Positions 42,401 to 54,499 are shown, counted from the first letter of the stretch. The stretch is DNA of 64,000 bases from Takakia lepidozioides (GCA_030704615.1 CM060733.1:27218001-27282000), one strand, 5' to 3'. Program-made: numbers and translations. Notes: generated from the letters alone by a model not told the origin.

Positions 42401-43766
42401 TTCCCAGGTCGCGCCAACAACACCTCTACCCCCAATCCCTGCAATATATCAACAAATCACCATCCCCAAATACCCACTAGCCAATTCACATTACACTGAC
42501 GGATCCCTCACCAAACCTAATGCAGGGTATGGAATCTATCACGCCGGCACCACAGTCAGGTGTTGCCTTAGGCTCCCTGGCCCACATCCTCCGGCGAACC
42601 ATGGATTGATGACGCGGGCTCATTAGAGCCTCCACCCCCCCCCCCTGACACCCCCCCCCCCCCCACCCCCCCCCCCCCCCCCCCCACACTACACCCCCCC
42701 CCCCACACCGACACCACCCCACACTACATCTCACGACCTTACCTCACTATTCCATTCGCCACACCCTCTCCACCCCTCTGTCCATCATCATCACCCCAAC
42801 CGCAACCTCATTACCGCTATTGTCCAGAGGGCCATCTCCCTAGGCCACCCAGTCCATATACTCAAAGTCCGTTCACATACTGGCATCCATGGTAATGAAG
42901 AAGTAGACCTACTCGCCCAACTCGGCGCCTCCCAACCCATAATTGAACCCTTGATTGACCCTATTCACATCGCCCACACCCATCCCTTCTGGTTCATACA
43001 CCCCGTTCCGGACCCCCCTGTACCCAGACCAGTCCGAAACCTCCTGACCACTCTGACCAGAGAAGCAAATAAACAAGCGGCAACCTCCATCAGCCATACC
43101 AAAGTACACATCCAAAAATGGACTCAATCCAATGTTCTGCACCATAAACTCTCCAATCATTTCTGGCTAACCAAAGCCACCACCGACGCTCAAATCCGAC
43201 AAATACTCAAATTCCGATATGCCCAATACATGGGCCACCAGCGCAAACAAATCTTCTGGCCACATCTGTTCCCATCCCCATACTGCTCGTTATGTGCAAC
43301 CACCTACCAAACTCGTGACACTTGGCCACATCTCCTCAGCCAATGTACACACCCAGTTATACATGGCTTGCATATCACGCGTCATAACCAGGCAGTCTGG
43401 CACCTCCATAAGCTCTTTCTAAAATGTGCTGAAACCCGTTGGTTCTCGCTCATGAATGCAGGCACCTACCAGGGACGGCCACCCGACCACACAGTACCAC
43501 CATGGCTACTACCATGCATATGTACCCGATCACCATGCTCGTGCCCTGCTCGACTTTGCCCGGACATACTCCTCGTCCAAGGTCTACCTATCAACACTTT
43601 ACCCCCCACCTCACCATCCCCACAACTCACCATCCATTTCATTGAATTCACATTTTCCATGATCGTTATCCAAACGATTCAATCTTAGGAAAACGTCAAA
43701 AATATGCCCCGCTTATTCTTGCACTCCGTAGGCGTGGCTGGAAAACCGGCCCGTTAACCGTCATAG
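39500..43766 (+). mobile_element. RandI/Dualen-like non-LTR retrotransposon, internally deleted: 2A-like motif, post-RT region, chromodomain, adenine-MTase-like domain, RNase H, CCHC and RLE
   Basis: PFSLSDIKKLDK...CGLPTSTPN...LP...YGIG (post-RT). RNase H YTDGS...KVRSHTGIHGNEEVD. CSLC...HLLSQC, RHNQAV, PDIL...IEFT...KRQKYAPL (restriction-like endonuclease). The RT core is absent. The 5' boundary is approximate. Confidence 0.75.
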
Positions 43767-44334
43767 AAACTTGTAGACCTCTGACTGTATTAAATGATTC
43801 ATGATTGAAAATTGGTTGAAAGGTTTAACGAGTCGTTCGGGGGGCAAATGATTTTTTCTTCGCTTGCAACTTTGTGTATGTGATTTGTACGTACTTAAGC
43901 ACATATGGACCAAAGTTGAACCTCAACAAAGTTGTTTGAATGGGTTATTCAAATTCATAACGGAGGTATGTGTCGTATAGACGAGAAATAACCTTTCGCC
44001 TGCACATGAATTGTTTTTAATTCCATTTTGAAGCCATATGCTTGATAACAACATGAAGAGTTGCATGCAAAATATCACCATGAACAGACATCGTCTGCAT
44101 CCAAAACACATTTTATTCCCTCATTTGCACTCCAAGGTGAAGTTACTTCAACTTCATGCACTCTTCATAGAGAGTTCTGCAATAGTGAGCATAGAGCAAA
44201 GGATGAACGTTTTTTTTCAAACATTTTTCTTTCGTACATTTTTTGGCAAGGATGTGGTGGTGTGTGGGTTCAACTCACAGAACAAAATCAAGCCAAAAAT
44301 AAAATCATTGCGCCCCACAATCATATGCCCTCTA

Positions 44335-44445
44335 AATTGGCAATTGAAGCCCCTGAAATGGCAATTTCAGCCCCTCAAACTGCAAATCCAGCCCCTGAAA
44401 TTGGCAATTCGAACTCCAGAAATGGCAATTTCAGCCCCTGAAATG
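44335..44445. repeat. ~21-bp tandem repeat, ~5 copies
   Basis: AAATGGCAATTTCAGCCCCTG-like units. Confidence 0.8.
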
Positions 44446-44449
44446 CTAT

Positions 44450-46640
44450 GGGTGAACCAATCATTCCCCTACCAAATGATTTTGGATTGATTTGAAACTT
44501 TGCGAGTGTCTTGTACATGCCCTCTTAAAGTTACTGGACAAGTATGATGTCAATGTAAAATGGTTCAAAGGGTGAACCAACAGTTTCCCTATTGGATGAT
44601 TCATGATTAATCGTTAACGATTGATCTCATATTACACTAGGACCTATTAGAGGGTACATTGAACACACTGGCCAAGTTTCAAAGCGAACGAAAATCATTT
44701 GGATGGGCAACCATCTGTTGGCCTATTGAATGAATTTCAATTGATCTCATATTACTCTGGGGCCTCTTCCATGGTACATTGAACATACTTGCCAAGTCTC
44801 AAAGCGATCCAAAATCATTTCGATGGCCAACCATCCGTTGAGCCATCGAATGAATTTCGATTGATCTGATATTAGTCCGGGACCTGTGAGAGGGTGTCTC
44901 GAATAACTAGCAAAGTTTGGAAACAAACAAAAATGATTTGGATGGGCAACCATCCGTTCACCCATTGAATGTATTATGTTGGATCTGCTATTACTTTGGG
45001 ACCTGTTGGACTACGTTTCGTGCGCTCATCTTTTTTTTTTCATTCTGTTTTTGAATGGGGCGTGTAGTGACTCCATATGCAACATGCGTGCCAAATTTGG
45101 GAGCGATCAAAATTCATTTGGACCCAAAACCACAGTTTATTGCCCTTTTTGCCTTCCAAACTTGATTTGTACTCTACTTCATGCACTCTTCATAGAGAAT
45201 TCTGCAATAGTGAGCAAAGAGAACACTTTTTTTTTGGGGCATTTTTTATTGGTCCAAATTTTGGCGGGGGGAGTAGCGAGAGGGAGTAGAGCAATTGAAG
45301 CCGCAGAACAAAATTGAGCAAAAAACAAAATCGATACGTACCAGAAACCCCCAATGAAAGGCAGTGCAAACCTATTTATTGGCTTAAAATTAATTTAAAT
45401 TCAATTACATTCTGGAATGGCTTGGTGTCGATGGAGAGGCAAAAAATTTATTCGTCTGTTGTGTCTTCGTACATGTGTCGCACACATGTTCAAGCACATG
45501 CGGGCAAAAAAAGGGCTTCAACCACATCCGTTCAATGGGTGCAATAGCCGTGCACGCATTGCAGGATTTCTTTTTCACAATGAATAAAAACCAGATGACA
45601 ACTGAACGCCTCATAGGCCCATCGAACGAATTTCGATTGATCTCATATTACATTGGGACCTATCAGAGGGTACATTGAACACACTGGTCAAGTCTCAAAG
45701 CGAACGAAAATCATTTGGATGGGCAACTATCCGTTGGCCCATTGAACGAATTTCGATTGATCTCATATTACTCTGGGGCCTCTTCCATGGTACATTGAAT
45801 ATACTTGCCAAGTCTCAAAGCGAACCAAAATCATTTCGATGGCCAACCATCCGTTGAGCCATCGAATGAATTTCGATTGATCTGATATTAGTCTGGGACC
45901 TGTGAGAGGGTGTCTCGAACAACTGGCAAAGTTTGGAAGCAAACAAAAATGATTTGGATGGGCAACCATCCGTTCACCCATTGAATGTATTATGTTGGAT
46001 CTGCTATTACTTTGGGACCTGTTGGATTGCGTTTCGCGTGCTCATGTTTTTTTTTTCATACTATTTTTGAATGGGGCGTGTAATGACTCCATATACAACG
46101 TGCGTGCCAAATTTGGGAGCGATCAAAATTCATTTGGACCCAAAACCACAGTTCCTTGTCCGTTCTGCACTCCAAACTTGATTTGTGCAAACCAAAATCA
46201 TTTGGAGGCAAATGATTTATTCGTCTGTTCATTTATTCGTGATTAATCGTTAATGGTGAAAAGGATAAACCAAAGGTTCCTTGATAAAAAAAAAATTGAA
46301 TGATTTGAAATTTTGCGAGTATGTTCTACATGCCCTCTTACATGGACCGGACAAGTATGAGATCAATAAAAAATGGTTCACAGGATGAACCAATGGTTAC
46401 TTGATGTGCCGATTTCTGAATTCTTTCAAACTTTGCCATTGCATTGTACATGCCCTCTTAAAGGTACCGGACAAGTATGAGTTCGATTTAAAATATTGCA
46501 ATGGGTGAACCAATGGTATCTTCATTTAGCAATTTTTGATTGTTTTGAAACTTTGCCAGTATATTGTACATGCCGTCAAACAGGTATCGAACAAGTATGA
46601 GATCATTCAAAAATGGTTCAAAGGATGAACCTCGTATTTC
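44450..46640. repeat. Mosaic of ~120-bp subrepeats in both orientations, including a ~550-bp direct duplication (44619-45170 and 45635-46186)
   Basis: The two copies are offset by 1016 bp. TTTGAAACTTTGC...ATGCCCTCTTA...GACAAGTATGA...GGGTGAACCAA and inverted versions recur. Confidence 0.85.
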
Positions 46641-46728
46641 CAAAAATTACGTAGACTATACAGTGGGTTGCACATTTAAGTTTTCGCAACCTGAGACCTT
46701 TGGCCTACTCCCTATGTTTCTAGCATTT

Positions 46729-49230
46729 CTAGTCATCTTCATCTAGATTAATTACTTCGTTGTCGTTATCTCCAGATGTTGATGAAGATGCTCCGGGTGT
46801 AGAGGACGTGCCTCCACCAGTACGGAGAGCTCGAGCCTGGGCTTGAGTGGTCAAAGAGGGACCCAATGTTGTGTGGTCCACCCTTGCCATCATGCGTAGC
46901 GTTCTAGGCGAGTGCTGACTCTCTTCCACATTTGCCAGAGTCGGGTTTGTCGCTCTTGCTACGACTTCGTGCAATTTTTCAATTAAATCCGATATGTTTG
47001 GAAGTGACAAGAACACCCCTGGAATAGAGGCAACTTGGTCACGCCATGTGTTCTGCCAATACTTTACAATACTCGTGATGGCAGCCTTGAAATTGTCCAA
47101 CACCTCCTCCTGCTGGGGGTCTCTGCGCAACTCTGGAGGAAATGGCCCTTCATCCCGACGAGGCACCCAGTACCTCTCATTCATATCATCCTAACGGATG
47201 CTAGCGGCCTCCAATTCCCTCAGAAATAGGTCTCTCCCAATCGGTTCACGATTGTATGGGTCGTTTTCCGTTGGCACCCACGGATCTTCAAGCAGTCGGA
47301 AGAATCTTTGTCTGATACAGCTCCAATGCCCTCCCAAGTTCCGGCAAAAAAGCTCCGTTTGGACTGGGTCCTGTATGCTTCTAGCACACACGGTTATTTC
47401 CCAGTTGGATGTCACCCAAAAGGTCACCGGATCTTTAACCCTGGATAACGTCATAGCATCCAAGGCGTGCATCTTTCTTGGACCATGTCATTGTCTCCCC
47501 CCAGTGCTGACAATTTAAAAAATCGTAAGGCGATACATCCAATGGCATGTTGTACCAGTTGTACTCGTATTCCGTGGGCATATTGTCTTGCAGCCCAAAC
47601 AACTCGTAGAAACATCGATGGATTGGTCCACGGCAGTCAGGGCATTGGCTGGCTCGCATGGCTGCCGATATGAGACATGTGGGGTGGAACAAATGGCCAC
47701 ATGAACCAAGCATATAGCCTCCCTCCGATCCGTAAGGGTTTAGGCACATTGTGCACACCGTACCATTTGTTACCCATGACGCTGGATTGATATCCTCGGC
47801 CTGCTGTCCTACTCCTCTACCTCCAAATCCCAGTTTATGCTCTTATTGGTATCGGAAATTGTATGCACACAGTGCTCAAGCATGACATCCACATCATCCC
47901 ATATGGTGAATCCAGTGTACTTCGACGTGAATACATCACGCACAGTGTCGTGTCTTTGCAAATTAGCAGAGATGCTATCTACGCTTCGATTCGACAAACG
48001 TGCTGCACGTTGGAGGGAGGACAACGCTTCTTCTATCCGTGTTTCCCGCGATGCTAGATGGCCCGTCCATGTCACCCAATTCCGCCAATTCCCCTTCAAC
48101 CATAGCCACGATCAGATTTGCATGACATTTGAGTATCGATATGCAACAGCCCTAGCTTGCTCACGTTCCCCCACAAGCTGCTCTAATTCCTGTTCCTGGG
48201 CCGATGTAATTTGCACGGCTGAACATTCTTCAGTTTCCACTATGGGGTCCTTCCATTTTCTTGCCCTCTCCGTCGCAAGTCTTTCTTCGTCAACCCTCGT
48301 CAGGTCCAATTCGCACTTCATTCCCATGCCCGATTGAGTCAACCCCGTCGATGACGCGGTCAATGTCCATTGGTGGCATATCCAAACACGCCAATATGTC
48401 TTGCTCGTTGGTGATTGGCCTCGGGTCCTGAAGCACACCGCGTACGCTGTCGAGAGTCCCCAACCCCATTCTTTCCAGCAACTTCGCTATTTGTCACCGT
48501 TGCAAATGAACAATGTCATGTAGGTCATTGATGTGCTGTTCATGTGCGGCCAACCGTTCCTCCAACGAAAAGCGTACCTCGCCCCCCTCCACCTCAGACG
48601 TTGAAGGCCCGGCTACGGAGACCTGTTGCGGCGTATAATCTGGAGGTTGGTCCCCCTGCACCTCCCACACCACCACTGCGTCTGCCTTTCCTCATTCTTC
48701 CACCTCGTCATTTCCATCCAACCGTATGATGTCCTGCCCCTGACGTATATACAAGTCTGGGATATCAGAGAACATGTATAGTCTAGTACGCTGTCTCGCA
48801 GTGGTAGTTTGCCAATCCACTGGTCGCAATAAAATCAACTCTGTGTACAACATGGCCGCAAATAAATACGGGACCTTGTTGTTGACGAGCGGTTGATCCC
48901 ACAATGTTGTATGTACCTCCTCTGCCTTGTGGCGGAAATGCGGGTTGGCGCAGGAAGACAAGTTAGCTTGATTTTGTTTGGTTTGTGGATCATGCCTATC
49001 TCTGGGCCACAAACAATTTATGTGATACCAGTCCACAAATTTCCTGCAGTCACCAAGCGACCACCGTTGCCCCAACCTCCAAACTTCCCAACCTGGTTCC
49101 GCAAGAATGTTGGGATCATTGTATATGTCCCAACGAAGTTTGCGTCTCGCCCTTTTCGGTTTTTTTTTGGGAGGTCCAGGTTCATTATCGTCATCCGTGG
49201 GATGACCTCCTTTGTCTCATCCTCCGCCAT
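46729..49230 (-). pseudogene. Fragmented ORF of ~800 codons with a RING-H2 zinc finger, probably TE-associated
   Basis: Consecutive minus-strand ORF pieces. CTMC-x12-C-x-H-x2-H-x2-C-x10-CPDC in ORF 47435-47758. No introns evident. Confidence 0.65.
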
Positions 49231-50299
49231 TTATGGCTCTGGCTTACCCCTACTCGACAGGTGTTTGCTAAGAAAAATGCTCTCCCAACCCTCCTAAATT
49301 GTACCTAATCCTACTCCCTAATGAATCCTCCCCAAGTACTAGAGGCACGTGTCACTCCCTCCGCAGTTCTAAGTGATATGACGCAATGTGCAATGAAAAA
49401 AATGTGGGTGCCAGAGGAGGGCTTCCGAGAGGTACTCAACATCGATTTCGTAGAAACCAGCGGCCCAAAATACCCCCCACCCAACCAATAACACCCCTCT
49501 CCACTCGGACTCAATGACAAGTATCGTGCGCATACGTTTCGCTACACAACTACACCGCTGTCCAAACCACACCACACATATATGCACAATAAAGTAGTCT
49601 GCCACAATAGATATGAAAACTAAACTCACACTGTTGACACAGAAACACGAAATACAACACAATCATTCGTTAAAATAAGAGTCGAGCCAGGGGCACCCCA
49701 AGCTATGGGGACTTCACCCCACAACATCCTACTCTCCCTCCATAAGTACACTCAGATGCTAAGCAACGAGGGAGCTCGGTCGTGCAGGCTCAACTCGAGA
49801 GAGATGAGCCGCACGACTGATGAGCTCGTGAAGATAAGATGGTTCAGGTGTCAAACTAAACTTGACACCTGACTTAACACTTGAACTAATTCCAAGTGTT
49901 AAATATAAATAATTAGATTTATTCTAGTTAGTTTCACACTGTGTATTTAACTTGACAGTTGTCGTGCGCATACGTATCACTACACAACTATATCGCTATC
50001 CAAACCACACCACACATATATGCACAATAAAGTAGTCTGCCACAATCGCCCCCTAGCTGGTGGTTAGATCCCTCTAACTCCAAATAGCTACAAGATGTAA
50101 TAGCCACAGCCGTACTAGTCCTCTATCACTGTCCCTATTGTACTCAAACTCTATAGACCAAGAGGCCGGGTACAAGAGTAGCCCCATCGTTAGTTGCCGT
50201 CTTGCAATCTGTGAACTTGAGCCAGGATCTCGTGTGTTGGTCTCCTAGTACCTTGGCCTTGCATTTCATGTTAGCCTTCCATGGTTGTATCCACTCCCA

Positions 50300-51700
50300 C
50301 TATCCAATGCAATGCGGACATAATCAATCCCCATCAGGAACCATCTCAAGAGGTGGAGTCAAGCATCCCATATGCCAACCTCTAGAGCATCGATCACACA
50401 CCAGCATGGTGGCTGCCCTTCTAGCAGACCCACACAACATGCACCTCAAACTTGCAGGTACCACTGCCAGGTTTGGGTCAATCATGCCATCGACATTCGG
50501 AAGGTGACATGGCACGCAATTACGCACATGGTCCTTCCAAGTCATGCCATCCCGACCCTCCAAGATCAGGACGCCTGAGGGCAATACCTCTCGAACCCTC
50601 AAAATAACACGTCCTACAGTCACATCCAGGGTCGTTGGAGTAGTCTGCTGCAGATAAACATAGTCACCAGGGTGAAATCTCCGAACCCCAGGACGATAGC
50701 CCCCACCACGTATGGTAGCATACCTCAACGTATCACGATGTTGTGCAATGACAAGGTTCTCGAAAGCCATGGGCATGACTTTCTTGAACAACTCCGCGTG
50801 TTGACCACATACATGTGCCCACACGTCCGGATCGTCAAGATTGAAGACTACTGCAACCTCCCTACGAATAGATGCAGGCAAATCTGGCTCTCGGCCAAAG
50901 AGAAGGAAATAAGGCAAGAACGATGCAAGTGATGCTTGCTTGTTGAACCTGTAGTCCATGGCTAATCAGGGTAGCTGAAGGTCCCAATCTCCAAGGTGTC
51001 CCTTCTGCAAGCCATACTTGCGCAAACCCCACTTGCGCAAACCCCTTTTAACCGTTTGCACAACCCTCTCTGCCAAGCAATCGGCCTCAAGATGATCCCG
51101 AGAAGTGGTATGGTGGTCTATCAAGGCCTTGTCACACAACGCCTGAAACTCCCCCAAGAACTCTCTCCCTTGATCCGTGAGTACCTCAGCTGGAGCACCG
51201 AATCGGCTAAGTACACGATCCAAGAATGCATACGGAGCTCCCTCACTGGCCTTATCAAGCAATGGAACCAACTCTATCCACTTGGAGAAGTGCTCCACCA
51301 TCACCAACATGTACTTGTTGTGGCGCATGGTCAGTGGCAACGGCCCCTGCGAAGTCAAGACTCCACCTGTAGCCCAATCCCATGATCGGAAGAGGGTGCA
51401 ATTGTGGTGTAGGGGCGTTGAATGAAGCACGTACCCTGTCACACACCATGCACCTAGCCACAAATTGTTGCACCTCTGTGTGCATACCACGCCACCAATA
51501 CTACCCCTGTAGTAGACTATGAGTGCATCGCACCCCAAAATGCCCCAACTCCTCATGGGCATGCCGCACTAACCGTGCCCGCTGTGTTGGGTGAGGCACA
51601 ATCCTCACTCGACCATCCTCCCACACTTGGAGCAGGTGTATCCCCTCCCACGTGAACCTCTTGGCTCGTTGTAGGATCCAATCCCTCTCCTTGGCAGTCA
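50300..51700 (-). pseudogene. Gypsy integrase (HHCC plus DDE) with a C-terminal PHD finger (50309-50443)
   Basis: HAHEELGHFG...CMVC, WSLDFAG, LTDQG, LAER. PHD reads CMLC...LVCDRC...WHMGC..PPL..VP.GD(W>stop)LCPHC. Confidence 0.9.
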
Positions 51701-51999
51701 TAGTGGTTGTCGTGTCTTTGGAGATAGTCCAACACAACTGAATCCTCATGTATATCTTTGGCACCACCTTGCTCATTGCTGGCCTTAAGGTCCTCAGACA
51801 CTCGGTCTACAGTCGTCCCTATTGTAGGTCCAACCTGGCCTTCCGCTGCCAAGATACACAGAAATGCAGATGTATGCCATCCGGGCACCATCTCCTCGTC
51901 TGTCTCACCATGCCACCGAGCTCCAGTGTCATCCTGTTGGCTCGTGCATGGATTGCGACTCAACCCATCCGCGTGGTATCTATGCAATGGCCTCTACCT

Positions 52000-52700
52000 T
52001 GGTCTGCTGTACCCCCAATCCTCAAGGATATATCATGTGACCCAGATACTCAATCTGGTTGTGGAAAAACTTGCACTTCCCCAGATGTAACTTCAATCCG
52101 TGCGCCCTCAAGCGCTCAAATACCACCTGAAGGTGTCTCTCATGCTCCTCCACCGTAGCACTAAAGATGATGATGTCATCTATGTAGCATCGAGCAAACT
52201 CCACCCCTCCTAGAATCCTGTCCATGACTCTCTGAAACTCTGTAGGAGCATTCTTAAGCCCAAATGGTAAGAACCGCCACTGGTATAGGCAATCCTTCCT
52301 GTGCTCATTGATCCCCCAGAATGTCGTCTTCTGCTTATCCGCCTCCTTGATTGGCAACTGGTGATATCCGGATCGTAAATCCAAAGTGCTAAAGACCTTG
52401 GCATGCCCAATGGCATCAAAGATCTCTTCTGGTGTTGGCATGGCATATCTATCGAACTTGGTCTGACAATTTACAGGTTGGTAATCACCGCACATACGTC
52501 TCTCCGTCCAATTGCCATAGACATCCTTCTTGGCTGGCATCATTGTGGCTGAAGCATACTCTCCACCAGATAGCTCCACCAAACCAGCCTCCCAAGGTCC
52601 TAAGTCCTCATCTGAATCAAGGACCTCTCCATGTCACTGAATCTATAGGGTCTCCAAAAGATTGGCGTGTCAGTGGCCAATTCAATGCGAATCTCTTGAC
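52000..52700 (-). pseudogene. Gypsy reverse transcriptase
   Basis: RMCGDY, FSTLDLRSGYHQL, LPFGLKNAP..FQR, YIDD and YLGH. Confidence 0.95.
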
Positions 52701-53194
52701 CCTTCAGTGCTCCCAAGTCCTTCAAACTGAAGGCAAAGCAGTTCCTGTAAGCCCTCAAGAACCGCCGTATACGTCGTCTCTCTCCTCCGGTGACTATGGG
52801 TCCAACATCAGGCTCCCAGTTGTCCTCCGTGACTGCAACCTTGAGTCCAGTAGGCTTAGAGGTAGAAGACGCGTCGCGTGGTTGCTATGCTGCAACCTCT
52901 TGAGCAGTAACCACTGCCTACTCTGTCAGTGACAATGCCTCATCCTGCCCCATCATCTCATCCTTGAGGACCTCCTCAACCCGAGAAAAATCCCCAACCT
53001 CATCCATCACCGCCGCCTTGGCTACCAAATCCCTCTGAACCTCGAGCACCTCCCACGTGTGCCATGGATGCGGCCTGCACCTCGTGGTCCGCATCTGTTC
53101 ACCCCCACTCGCTGCCTGTACCGTCTCGATAGGCAGAGAGATTATCAAGGGAAGTGTACTCCGTACTCTACGCTGCTCAGCCATAGCCAAGCTG

Positions 53195-54140
53195 ATAGTC
53201 CAGGTCAAGCAATTGAGATCCATTGCTTGCCCGAACACCTGACGACGTGATGCCTCAGAAAAAGATGGCACCGCCATGGTACCAGTGGTAAAATCCATCG
53301 CCTGCTCGCGTTCGTTAGCATTGGGCTCCACTAACTGCTGCAACTAGCTATTCCATAAGAGGCCAGGTCCACTATCCCGGAAAGCATGAGATCTTGGAAA
53401 GCTGAGCAGTGTAGGCAATGCTGCTTGTGGGTGACCCACTTTATTGGCCACTGCCAAAGGTGATCGGTCATCGTGTCTTACACGCTGAGACTGCCTCCCT
53501 ATGTCCAAAATTTTATCCACCGTCAGGTTTGGTGGCCGTTGCACCCCATCAAATGCACGCTTGAGCAGTGCAGGTGGCATCAAGTTGGTCCACCATAGTC
53601 GTGGGCGATGAGCCCGTGACCCCATTGCAGCTGCATCTAGCAACACTGCTGACCCAAGCCAAGACCGCACTTGATGTACACTGGCCATCACCTTGGCCCG
53701 AGAATCACCTATCAATGGCACATTCTCCAAGACATATGCCAGAGAGTCTGTCTGCTGAAGCTGTAAATAGCGTAAGACCCTCAATATCTCCCAAAACAGG
53801 CGTGACCTTGAGTCTTGTAACCCATTGCCATACCCGGCTGATGAATGCCCTTGGTAGGGCCAACCTGCCACTACCAAGTGAATATGGCCAACCCGCTCCA
53901 AATCATGCGCCCCCATCAAAGAGATGTCTGCTGGCAAGGCTTGTTAATATCCACGAACTGCAGACACTGGCAACAAATCAGGGTACTGCTACACCAACTG
54001 AGCAACATAGCGCAATGAGACGTGTCATGCAGTCTCATCCCTCTCCACATACATGTAACGTCGAACTCGTACACCTGCCTGCAGCACTGCAGCCAATCCA
54101 GTGCTGATCCCGCAAAACAAGTCCAGAAGACATATGCCTT
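53195..54140 (-). pseudogene. DNMT3-like DNA cytosine-5 methyltransferase domain inside the gypsy polyprotein
   Basis: Motif I LLDLFCGISTG; II YVERD; III LPADI; IV VAGWP(C>Y)QG; V LQDSRSRLFWE; VI YVLENV; VIII AHRPRLWWTN; IX EREQAMDF; X RRQVFGQAMD. Same reading frame as gag and protease, with in-frame stops. Confidence 0.88.
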
Positions 54141-54499
54141 CATCCGAGCACTGCCACACAAGAGGTGTGGTATCCAATGGCGACAACTGAGGTGGTCCTG
54201 GTGCAATCACCGCACTCTCCTCCTCTCCTGACGGTACAAAGGCCTCTACCCATGCTTGTTGCACCCGTCTATCAGCAGCTTGCTGCAAATCCTTGCTCGT
54301 ACCCCACAATGGAGTGTGAGCAACCATGGCAGGCAACTCCGCCGTACCATGCATGTCATCCTGCTCTACTGGAGGTAGCACATCCTCTGCATGGGTATTG
54401 CCCTCCAGCAACTCTCCAGGCCAACTAACTGCAGCTATGAAGGCTGCTAGTGTTGGCATCTTGCCCCGCTGGGCAGCAGCAACACCCCCAATGAATGTT

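Noticed and set aside
42630-42722. Poly-C tract as a functional G-quadruplex or proline-rich coding region
   Set aside because: It interrupts RNase H and looks like low-complexity expansion or poor base calling.
53195-54140. Host DNMT3/DRM gene
   Set aside because: It is intronless, in frame with gag and protease, and flanked by protease and RT.
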